Of a stretch of 64,000 nt of DNA, positions 48,409 to 59,100 are shown piece after piece. The notes under the pieces are model-generated. The model saw only the letters and a list, made by a program, of their open reading frames with translations, ran no database searches and was not told the DNA's origin. Each line of letters starts with the position of its first letter. Position 1 is the first letter of the stretch. Source of the DNA: an uncultured delta proteobacterium (GTDB lineage: Bacteria > Myxococcota > Myxococcia > Myxococcales > Anaeromyxobacteraceae); NCBI GenBank assembly GCA_963845515.1, contig CAWJSR010000055.1, forward strand, positions 32,001-96,000, given 5' to 3'. The translations under genes and the position numbers were made by a program.

Positions 48409-49766
48409 GGCGCCTCGACCTTCCACGCGAGCTGCGGACCGTCCTTCACGCCGTAGGCCAGCCTGCCATCGTCCGCGAACCGCACCGGGAACACCTGCTC
48501 GTACTGGGCGTGCTCTCTGACGGTCCTCGCGTCCGTGTCGGCGACCACGACGAACCGCTTCCCGTCCTTCCGCGCGCGATAGGCGACGAAGCGCCCGTCG
48601 GGGCTGAACTGCGGCGACACCACGCGATCGTACGGAGGCCCTGCCTTCCCGTTCACGACGACGAACCAGGTCGCGCCACTCCGCGCGGCATGGGCGTTCG
48701 AGCGCCCGTCGGCGCTGTAGGTCAGACCTTCGGCCTCCTCATATCCGGCCTCGGTCTGCGCGGCCTCCGCGAAGAACTGCCGGAAGGCCGTCCCACCACC
48801 GGAGACGGCGAGCGCGCCCACCGCCTGGCCGCCGGGGCGGACGACGAGCGGGCCAGCGAGGTCGACAGAGAGCGGCTCCTCACGACCGTCCAGCACGACG
48901 AGGCGAGTCCCGGACCGCTCGGCGGTGTAGGCGACGCCGCGGCCGTCGGGTCCGAAGGCGAGGCCGTCCGCGGAGTCCACCGGCTGGCCCCGCGTGACCG
49001 CCCCGGGCGTGTCGAGGGCGGCGACGACCACGCGCCGCCGCGAGCCGCTGGCGGCGATGGCGGCCACCCTGGAGCGGCCAGGATCGAAGGTCACCTGGTA
49101 CACGGCTGGATCGACGACCGTCCGCGTCTTGAAGGCGAGGTCGCTGACGACGAGCCGGCCCGCCTCGTCCCGTTCGTCTACGTCCTCGACGAAGGCGAGC
49201 CTCGACGAGTCGGCGCTGAATCCATAGGTCCTCGCGTAGTGCGTCCGCGTCCCAGCGTTGGGCTTGCCGTCCAGCACGAGGTGCCACCGCTCCCCCTGCA
49301 TGGCCTGGTAGAGGACATGGGCGCCGTCCGGGCTGAACACCGGAAGCCTGACCGTGCTGAAGGCCGGTCCCTCCACGCCGTCCACGACCACGCGCCACTT
49401 CCCGTCGGCGAGCGCCCCGTAGGCGCAGCGCCGCCCGTCGGCGCTGAGGATCACGTCCCCCACGACCTCGTACCACTTGCCCGCGCGGCCGTTGTGGACG
49501 ACCTGCAGCTTGCCCTCCCGCTCCGAGACGAAGGCGACGCCCCCACCCCTCTCGCCGAAGATGAACTCGAGGAACCCGGCCGGCGAATTGGGGTGCGGGC
49601 CGCGCGCGGGCAGCGGGATCGACGGCGGCGCCGCGTCGGCGGGGATCGCCGCGAGGATCGTCGTCGCGTCTGACGCGGCGCTGGCCAGGGGAGGCGGAAC
49701 GGACTCCTTGCGGCAGCCCGCGACCGAGAGCAAGAGGCAGAGGGAGGCGGCGAGGGGCTTCGTCAT
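48405..49766 (-). CDS. Beta-propeller (TolB/WD40-like) lipoprotein
   Basis: ATG at 49766 with lipobox VAGC. Repeats VVVDG..GP.Y..V..P.FSPDG..VAY.A. Confidence 0.8.
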   Translation of the reverse strand: MTKPLAASLCLLLSVAGCRKESVPPPLASAASDATTILAAIPADAAPPSIPLPARGPHPNSPAGFLEFIFGERGGGVAFVSEREGKLQVVHNGRAGKWYEVVGDVILSADGRRCAYGALADGKWRVVVDGVEGPAFSTVRLPVFSPDGAHVLYQAMQGERWHLVLDGKPNAGTRTHYARTYGFSADSSRLAFVEDVDERDEAGRLVVSDLAFKTRTVVDPAVYQVTFDPGRSRVAAIAASGSRRRVVVAALDTPGAVTRGQPVDSADGLAFGPDGRGVAYTAERSGTRLVVLDGREEPLSVDLAGPLVVRPGGQAVGALAVSGGGTAFRQFFAEAAQTEAGYEEAEGLTYSADGRSNAHAARSGATWFVVVNGKAGPPYDRVVSPQFSPDGRFVAYRARKDGKRFVVVADTDARTVREHAQYEQVFPVRFADDGRLAYGVKDGPQLAWKVEAP

Positions 49767-51122
49767 AGGGGACGATCGACGCGGAGGTGCTGCTTCTCGT
49801 GCACGCCGCGCTGGTTCGCCTTCCACTTCTCGAAGGCGATCGTCATCCCCTTGCGGACCGGGAGCTGGTTCGTGAGCGAGAGGATGTGGGCGTAGGGGAA
49901 GCCGCGACACCGGGACGTCGAGCATGTGCTTGAGGACGCGGCCGAGGCTCAGGAGCTCGAGCGACGTCTCGTAGAAGCGTCCGCTCGCGCACCTCGGGCG
50001 TCATGGCCGGGTCCGGGTGCTCGAAGAGCGCGTAGGCGCCGGTGTAGTACTCCCAGCCGAGGTCCTTGTAGATGTACGGCTCGTACTGCTGGCGCAGCTC
50101 GGTGCCGGGGTACGGGACGACGAGCGACGGGTGCATGCTGACGCCCAGCCGGTCGGCGACGTCGACGGCGCGCTGGTAGTCGTCGAGCGAGTCGGCGCGC
50201 GAGCCGAGCATGAAGAAGAGCGAGACGTCGATCCCGTGGTCCTTGAGCGTCTTGACGGCCCGCTCGCGGTCCACGCCCACCTTGCGGTCGGCGCCGTAGG
50301 CCGCGAGCGCCCCCTCGCCGATCGACTCCCACCCCACCCAGACGGTGAGCATCCCGCACTCGCGCGCCGCGTTCAGCATGCGCGAGCCCGTCGGGCGAGA
50401 GGACGGGCGCGAGGCTGCCGAAGCCCATCCACTTCTTCCTGCTCCCGCGGAGCGCGGTGAAGAGCTCGATGGCCCGGTCGATGCTTGCCGAGCCACCAGA
50501 TGTTCTCGTCGCCGTTGATGTACATGCTGCCCGGGATGGCGTCGACGTCGCGGACCACGTCGTCGATCGGCCGCATCCGGATCTTCGAGCCGAAGTACCT
50601 TGTTCACCGAGCAGAAGGAGCACTGGTACGGGCAGCCGCGGGCGGTGTTGACGATGCGGAAGTCGTGGCCGTGCTTCAGCATGCCGTAGAGCGGCGTCGG
50701 CAGGTCGTCGAGCGGCAGCCTGCTCGCCCCGGTAGAAGGGCTGGAGCGCGCCCGGCGCGGAAGTCCTTCAGCACCTGCGGCCAGACCGACTCGGCCTCGC
50801 CGATCACCACCGCGTCGGCGTGCTGCTTCGCCTCCTCGGGCAGTGCCGAGGCGTGCATGCCGCCGACGACCACCTTGATGCCGCGCGCGCGCAGCCCGTC
50901 CGCGATCCGGTAGCCGGGCACGGCCGTCGGCGTCAGCAGGCTGATCGCCGGCGAGGTCGCACTGGAGCGTGTCGAAGACGTCCGGCGTGGCGCTCGCGCT
51001 GTAGAGCTCGATCTCGATGGACGGATCGGCCTTGCGCGTGAGCGCCGCGAGGTACTCCAGGATGGGAGGGGCGACGGCGTCCAGCCGAATGGCAGCGGCG
51101 GCTTGATGATGCAGAGCTTCAA
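49763..51122 (-). CDS. B12-binding radical SAM protein (several frameshifts)
   Basis: MKLCIIKPP..PPILEYLAALT, VVVGGMHASALPEEA, RGCPYQCSFC, GDENIW, PYPGTEL. Reconstructed stop overlaps the next ATG. Confidence 0.82.
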
Positions 51123-51155
51123 GGTGCGTCCAGTCTCCCCTCCCCTGCGCGCCCG

Positions 51156-51984
51156 CTAGTGCTCGATCCGGAAGCCGGAGTGGAACGTCTCCACGCTGAA
51201 CGGAATGCCCCAGTAGCTGACGATCATGACCGCGACGGCCACGAGCGAATATATGGCCAGCCGCCGACCGCGCCACCCGAACGTGATGCGCAGGTGCAGG
51301 TAGATGCCGTAGATCAGCCAGGAGATGAGCGACCAGACCTCAACGGGATCCCAGTTCCAGAAACGTTCCCTTGACCGTGTTCGGCCCAGAAGGCACCTGA
51401 GACGATCATCACGCCGTACATCGTGAAGCCCGCCACCACGAACCGGTAGCTCAGGTCGTCGAGCGCCACCGGCGCCGGCAGCATGTCGTAGAGGCCACCC
51501 TGCCCCCTCTCCTTGAGCAGGTACAGGAGCCCCAGCCCGGCGGCGATGAGCACCGAGCTGAAGCCGGCGCTCGCGCCCACGATGTGCACCCAGAGCCACC
51601 CGCTCTGCAGCGCCGGGACCAGCTCCGCCGCGGGTGCGGTCCGGATGCGTCCCCGCCCACCCGATCAGCACGAACGCCACGGGCATGACCAGCACGCCCA
51701 GCGGTCGGACCTTCGTCGTGGAGCCCTGCACCAGCAGGTAGAGCAGCACCGAGACCCCGACGCCGAGCGAGAGCGACTCGGCGATGGTGATGAACGGCGT
51801 CGCCCCGCCGACCCCCCAGCGAACGGCGATGCTCGCCACGTGGGGCACGAACCCCGCCCCGGCGGCGATCAGCCCGCCCAGCAGCAGCCTCTCGCCCCTT
51901 CGCGATGAACCCGAAGACGTAGGCGAACGCGCTCAGTCCGTATAGCCCCACCGCGCACCAGAACAGCACTTGCTCGGTCCTCAT
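51156..51984 (-). CDS. resC: Second ResC/CcsA heme lyase (frameshifted)
   Basis: WLWVHIV, LDDLSYRFV, SGAFWA...FWNWDPVEVWSLISWLIYGIYLHLR. Confidence 0.88.
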
Positions 51985-52026
51985 CTGCCTCTCCCCGCGC
52001 GCCCTCCGCCGGCGGCGCGCCTCCAG

Positions 52027-53162
52027 TCAGTGGGTCTGCTCCGCGCGCCTTCGCGCCGCTCCCTGCCTCACCCGCCCGGCGAAGGTGAGGACCATCCCGG
52101 CCAGCCCGGTACAGAGGCTCGTCAGGACGACGTTCACGCCGGGATCGTATCGAACGCTCATGCCGACCCAGTAGTGAGCCTCACTCGGCGACAGCGAAAA
52201 CTCTCCCGCGTCGAACGTCCCGCCGACGGTCACCTTGCCAGCCTGCGCGGCGCCAGCCGTCCCGTCGGCGCCGATCGGCCGAACCTGGAGTCCGACATCG
52301 CCTGTCCGATCCGTCACGGCGTTCGGCCGGTAGGTCAGCAGCAACTCCGCGCGGGGGTGCTCGGGCGGCGGCGGGAACGGAAAGGACGACGGCTCTGTCG
52401 CCGACCCCGTCGCGTAGAGATAGCCGCCGTCCGGCTGCTTCAGGCTCTGGAGCGGGCACGTAGGCTCCGTACTCTACCTTGCCGTCCCCGTCCTTGAGCA
52501 GCACCAGGAGCGAGTAGCCCTCCTTCGAGGGGAAGTAGCGCACCCCGTCGAAGTCGAGGTGGCGGGTCGACGTAGATCGTGCCTTGCGCCCGCCGCTCGC
52601 CGTCCTCCACGGGAGCTCGTACGCAGCGCGCTTGTCCTGGCCGTCGACCCTGTAGCCTCGGTGCATTGCCTTCAGTGTCGTCTCGCCCCGCAGGCGGCTG
52701 AAGTGGAAGAAGCGACCGTACTCGACGAGGTCGTAGCTCTCCGGGTTGCCATTGGGCAGCGTCTCTCCCTCCGTGAGGCGCATCGTCCCCTTGAAGTGGA
52801 AGAGGCCGTCGTAGACAACGCCCGCGAGCAGCGCGAGGAAGCTCACGTGGAACAGGATCATCCCGACGGAGAGGAGCGTCAGCTTCCGCTTCCAGATCCG
52901 GCTGAAGAAGGCGGCGCCCGAGCTGAGCGCGAGCAGCACGAGCAGGGCGTTGAACCAGAGCGTCGAGAAGATCAACTGCCCATGCCCGGGCGCCCCGGTA
53001 GACGGTTACGCCGACGACGCAGCACGCCAGGACCCCGACCAGCAAGGCGATCGCCAGCCTCGGGGAGACGAGGAAGGCGTAGGCGCGTCCGACGACCCTC
53101 TGCGCGCGATGCTCAGCAGGCTCGACCGGGGCGGGCGTTTCGGGCGTCGGCTCGCTTGCCAT
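52027..53162 (-). CDS. resB: Second ResB-like cytochrome c biogenesis protein (frameshifted)
   Basis: FLVSPRLAIALL, IFSTLWFNALLVLL, GMILFHVSFLALLAG, FKGTMRLTEGE, VRYDPG + C-terminal TM. Confidence 0.82.
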
Positions 53163-53175
53163 GGAGCAGCGCGGG

Positions 53176-56100
53176 CTAGTAGACACCGCCGACGGTATAA
53201 CCCCCCATCGAGCCGCAATTGCTGGCCGCCTGCGTGGTCGGGTTGGAGCAGCCGGGGCTGTAGACCACCGTAGCACCGCCAACGACGGCGCTCTTCGGGC
53301 TGTGCTGACCGATCACGTAGGTATTGCGGATGAAGGCGTAAGGGCGGGTATTGACCGTAACCGGGGTGCCGGTGGCAGTGCCCAGCCACCGGGTCTTCCG
53401 GGTGCCGACGTTGCCACCTGCAGGCAGGGCGTCGAAGCCGTGGACGTCCTCTGCGCGCAGCGGCCGGACTTGCGTGGTGCCCACCGTCCCGCTCCAGAAG
53501 CCGCCGTGGCACATGCTGCACCCGTTCTTCAGCGCGTTGGTCATGCCGCTGTTGCCGCTGTTACTGAACGCCGAGCCCGCGCCGTGGTTCGAGGCGGACA
53601 ACGTGTCGTACTGGGCGTGGCACTTGATGCAGAGCGTGGCCGACTGGGTGCTCGGGTTACTGGCGCCCGACCCGAAGGCGGTGCCGCGGATCGTATCGGT
53701 GCCGCCGTGCGCGGTGATCGTCTTCGTGATGATGCCACTGTCCGTGGGAAGCGCGTGGCAGTCCCAGCAGGACATGAGGTAGCCCCAGCTCGTGTTGTTT
53801 CCTGTGGTCTTGGTCATGTTCCACGGAACCGCCATCCGGGTGTTGGCGGCGTACGAGTTGTTCTGCTTGCCCATGATCGGATGGTACGACGAGTTCGACG
53901 TTGCGAAGGAAGCCGCGACGTTGGTGACGCAGCCGTCGATCGGGTTCTGGACCTGCCACCACGCCGGGCTCGAGGCCGGGGCGTTGTTCAGGTTCCCCGA
54001 CTGCAGGCTCCGGTAGAAGATGCCGCCAACCGTGACCCAGTCGCCAGACGGGTACGTCGTGGTGGCAGCGTACGCTGCAGCCGCCGTCCAGTAGGTCGGG
54101 CTCGACGCCGGCGGCTTGTTCAGGTTGGCGGTGAGGTTCGTCGCCTCGTAGTAGGCGCCGGTCACGTTGACCCACATTCCATAACTATAGGTCACTGTCG
54201 CCGACCAGGCAGGCGGGGCGCCCAGGCACGCAGTGAGGGCGGCCGAAGCCAGGTACCCATTCCCGGCGATCGTCGTCCCGAACGGCTTCCACGGCGCGGC
54301 GTTCGGCATCAGCGACGTCGGCACCTGGGCGAGCGGGCTCAGCGCGCCGTCGGAGTCGTGGCACTTGAGGCACTGATTGGCCTGGATGGCCGCGAGCGCC
54401 GCGAAGGAGGGGTCCGCCTCGAACCTGACTGCGAGGTCGCGGCTGAAGCCGCCGAAGCCGGTCACCGTGGAGCCCGTGCTCGTGAAGGCGCCGGGCGTAC
54501 CGGCGAAGGTCACGCCCTGGATCTCCGTCCCCAGATCCGGATCGCGCAGGTTCAGGTACCCGTTGCCATGGAGCGACGAAGGCGTCGCGTCCGCCGGACT
54601 GTTCGCCTCCATGTGGCAGACGGCGCAGTCCGCGTTCGAGACCGTCCTGTTGGCAGGCGTCGCGTTCGTGGACGCCTTGTGCGACCAGGTCTGCCTGAAC
54701 TCGGTGACGACGTCGCGCCGGCTCCGAGTCCCCGCGAGCGGCCCCTTCGTGATCGTCTGCGTCGTCGCGTGGCAGCCGGTGCACTCGCCGCCGAAGCCGG
54801 TCGCGTGGGTGTGGCAGCTGATGCAGTACGGAACCGTCGTGCTGCCCGAGTTGTGAACGCTCGACACGGGGGCGGCGCCGCCCACGCCGTCGGTGTCGTC
54901 GTAGCCGAGCCGGTTCCAGTACTTGGTCCAGGCCGTGCCAGCGAGCAGCGTGTCGTTCGTCGCCGCGTGGCAGGCCTGGCAGACGCCCACGCGCTGCGTA
55001 CCGGTTCCGGCCCCCTCCACCGCCTTGCCGACCGCCGGCGGGCTGGCCGCCTCGGAGTTGTAGGTGACGGCGCGCGTCACGCCGGCCGCGCCCACATACC
55101 CGTAGGTGCCGTCCGAGACCGCCGTGACGGACTTGCCCAACATGGCGACGTTGTTGGTCGTGTTGTTTGGGCGATCGCCATGCGGATCGTGGCAGTCCCA
55201 GCAGAACTTGCCGCCCAGCGTGTCGATGGTGTGCTTCCCGCCCCCGTGGACGCTGGGCGACTTCAGGGTGGCGACCTTCTTCGCATAGGCGGTGACTGCG
55301 CCGTCGGGATCGACGCCGTTCGCGGTCGCGCTGTGGCAGTTGAGGCAGGTCGCGTTGGCGAGCTCGGTCGTCGACGTGTCGTACGGAGCCGAGACGCCGA
55401 TCGCGTTCGTGACGCCCCGCAGCCGGAACGGGTTGGTCGGCGTGTAGTGGCTGGCGTCGGAGTCGTGGCAGAACATGCACTCCGACGTGCCCGCCGTCGG
55501 CGTCGTCAGGAAGTTGGCCGCCGGGTTCCCGGTGACGTCGTACGTGAGCGACGCCTTGCCGTGGCCGGAGTAGGTCCACTCCGTCGTGTTGATCGTCGCG
55601 GCGACGCCGTTGTTCCAGAAGTTGGCGCCGAGGTCGTCCACCTCCACCCCGGTCGTGCCGTGGCAGCTCGAGCAGGTCTGGGCCGGGCCGCCCCAGACGA
55701 CCGCGGTCGCGTTGTTGCCGTGGCAGGTGATCCCGGCGCAGGTGGCGGAAGCGGGCGCCGCCGTGCCGGCCACGTACGCGAAGTTGGAGCCCCTGAGCCC
55801 CGTTGCGATCGACGCTTCGATCGACCCGTTGGTGTGGCTGGAGCCCACGATGGCCGTACCCGCCGCGTCCACGAGGCCGCTGTGGCACTTGGCGCAGTCG
55901 GTCGACGCCCCGACGTGCTTGGCGTGGCTGTTGGAGGCCGCGTTGTTGATGCCGCCGTTCGCGTAGTCTGGCGCGCCGGTCGTGTTGCCCACGCCGGTGC
56001 CGTGACAGCCGTTGCACTTGTTCAGCCAGGCCGCGGAGTTCCAGGCGGCGGACACGAAGGTCGCGGTGCGCTGGCCGGAAGAGTGGCAGTAGGTCGTGAC

Positions 56101-59100
56101 ACAGCTCGGGGACACGTACGTCTGGGTGGTCACCCGAGCTCCCCGCGGCGCGATGGAGACGTCCTTCACGCCGTTGACGTGGTTGGCGAGGCCGCCAGCC
56201 GAAATCGGCGAGTCGGTCGCGGCCGCCACGGTGTTCTGGTGGCAGGCGCCGCAGACGTAGTTCGTCCCGATCACCGACGCGTTGGCCACGTGGTTCATGT
56301 GGGCCGGGGAGCCCTGGAAGCTGGAGCCGGCCGCGACGCCGATGGTGGGCGGGGCCGTGGAGGTGAAGCCGTGGCAGGTCTGGCAGGTAGTCGCGGAGGC
56401 CGAGTTCCAGGCGATCGCCGCGCTGGCTGTCGCGCTGAAGGGCGATGCGGTGGCGACGCCGCCCGAGTGGCAGTAGGTGCTCGTACACGTGTAGCCCGGG
56501 GAGCCCGCGTAGGCGCCGCCCGACTGGTCGATCGTCGCGGCGATCGCGGTCGTCGAGAAGTCGACGTCCTTGACGGCATCGACGTGCTTTCCGACCGTGC
56601 CGATGGTGCCGGACGAGTTGTTCGCCATCGTCGGGGCATGGCACTCGTCGCACGTGTAGGAGTAGTTCCCGACGGTCCCGGCGACGTGCTTCTGGTGGCG
56701 CGTCGAGAGCCCCGTCCCACCGAAGACGGCGGTCTGGTGGCAGGTGGTGCAGCCCATCGGCGTCGTCGTGCTGGTCCACGAGATCGTCGACTGCGTCTGG
56801 ACGGTCCCGCCGAGCGGGGCGGCGTTGGAGTGGCAGTAGTTGGTGCAGGTCCCCGCCGTGTAGGACGGCGTCACGCCCGCGATGGCCGTCCAGCTCCAGG
56901 CGAGCGCCCCGTCCGCGTGAGTGATGGTGCCGTCCACGGGGATGGCGTGACACTGGGCGCACTTGCCCGACATGAATAGGCCCGCGTTCACGTGCTTGAT
57001 GTGCGCGCCGACGCCGACGAAGGTCCGCGCCGTGTTCCCCTTGCCGTCGACGGCGGTCGCGTCGAAGCCGGGGGCCGCGGCCGGGTCGGTGTTGAGCGCG
57101 ACGGGCGTGGTGCCCGCGGGCTGGATGACGCCGTGGCACGCGCGGCAGCCGGTCCCGTGCTGGACCGTGCCGTCGATGTGCGTGCCGATAGCAGGCGAGG
57201 TGAGCCCCGTCGTCGCGTAGCCGGCGCCGTGGCAGTTGGCGCAGGCGGCGTTCTGCGGGTGGTGGGCGTTCGTCAGGTTCGGCATCGCCACCGGGCCGGT
57301 CGCCTGGCCGTGGCAGCTCGAGCAGGTGGTCGCCTGGGCCGTGGCCCAGTTCCAGGCGAGGCCGCGGCCGCCTCCCGCGAGGCCATCGCCGTGGCACCAG
57401 TTGGTGCAGTTCGCGCTGGCGTGGGTGGGGGCCGTGCCCGTCCAGGTGCTCGCCAGGTTGCCTGCGAGCGGGACCATGCTCGCGTCCAGCATCGTGCCCT
57501 TGGCGATCGCGCTGTACCCGATCTGGACCGTCGGGGTCGTCTGGTGCGAGGCGCCCGTGTGGCAGTCGTTGCAGAGCAGCGGCGCGCTCCGGTAGGTCGC
57601 GAGGGTCACGTGCTTCAGGTGCTCGCCGCCGTTCGTGACGAAGACATTTGGCACCGGGTTGGGGGCGGCGCTGACGATGGGAGGCGCGGCCTGGAACTTG
57701 GAGTCGGCGCCGGCGGCGGCCGTGCGGGTCTCGGTGGCGTCACCGTGGCAGGCCGTGCAGCTCGCCCCGAGCCCCTTCGTGTGCTTGTGACAGGCGCCGC
57801 AGTTCCCGGTGCCGTGGGTCTCGGCGGCCGGGATGCCGTCCGCCTGGTACACGGCCGTCCGCGTGTGGCAGACCTCGCAGACGCCGGTGTTGCCGGCGCC
57901 GGTGCCGGGCTGGGCAAACGAGTTGGCCACGAAGCCGTTCTTGTTCAAGAAGGTGACGGTCTGCGGAGTGGTCGGACCGGTCAGCTCGGGCGGCTTGATC
58001 TGGGTCTTGACGAGGGCAAGGTTGGTCGTCGTGTGGGGCGTGTGGCAGTCGCGACAGGTGGCCGCCCACGAGCCGTACTTGCTCCCGGTGCTCTCGGACG
58101 AGTGGGTCATCACGCCGGCGTGGCAGTCGGAGCAGAGCTGGCTAGAGTTGTCGCGCACGAGCAGGTTGCCATCGCCCCTCGCCGTGGAGATCTTGACGGT
58201 GAGCGTCCCAGAGTAGACCGGGCCGCCGCCGATGGAGTTGGAGGCGTACGCCCGCAGGGTGACGGTGCTGCCGGCGGCATAGGCGCCGGCGGGGATGGTG
58301 TGCATCCAGACGCCGGACGTGCCCGCCGCCGGGCCGTAGTTGGCGCTCTTCGCCGTCGCGTTGAGCAGGATCCCCGCTCCGCCGTTGATGGTCAGGTAGA
58401 CCGTCTCCGCCGGGCTGAAGACCCCGCCGCCGGTGGGGCTGAACGCCCGGATCTGGACCTTCGCCGGCAGCGTGAGGACCGCGCCGTTCATGGGGTTGAT
58501 GATCGAGACGACCGGCCGGACGCTGTCGGGCGTGGGGTCGCCGTCGCCGATGAATGAGGACGGCACGTAGGGGCCGGCCGAGGCGGAGGCGATCGAGTTG
58601 TTGAGGCTCGCGTCGCGGGCGAAGGCGACGAAGTAGTAGCTCGAACCGGACGTCAGACCGCCGGCGGTGCATGCCTTGGCGCCCGGCGGGGCGAGGCACG
58701 CCACGAAGGACGTTCCGATGGTCTGCGAAGGTCCCGCCGCGTTGTAGTCGGTCCCCTCCACGGGCTTGTCCGTCGGCGCCGAACCGATCTTGCCGAGCAC
58801 CACCACCTCACCGCCCGTCGTGAAGTCGGCGTCCGACGGCTCCGCCGTCCATGCAAGTGAAACCTGGCTGTTGCCGGCCGTGCCCGAGAGCCCCGTCGGC
58901 GCACCGGTCGAGAGGTTGTCGATGGTCCTGGCCGCGCTGACGGTGTCGGTGCCGCTCAGCGTGTAGCCCGTCGCGGCGACCGCCGTGATCCGGCCGGTGA
59001 CCGCCACCTGCGTGCCGGGCGGCACCGCCATGGCGGCGTGCGTCTTCGGCGTCACGCAGACCCACAGGTTCGACGCGGTCGTGCTGAGCGTGAGCCCGGT

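Noticed and set aside
23381..53162. Programmed frameshifting or phase variation as the cause of the broken ORFs
   Set aside because: The indels are numerous, often compensating, and not at long slippery tracts. Sequencing error is the simpler explanation.
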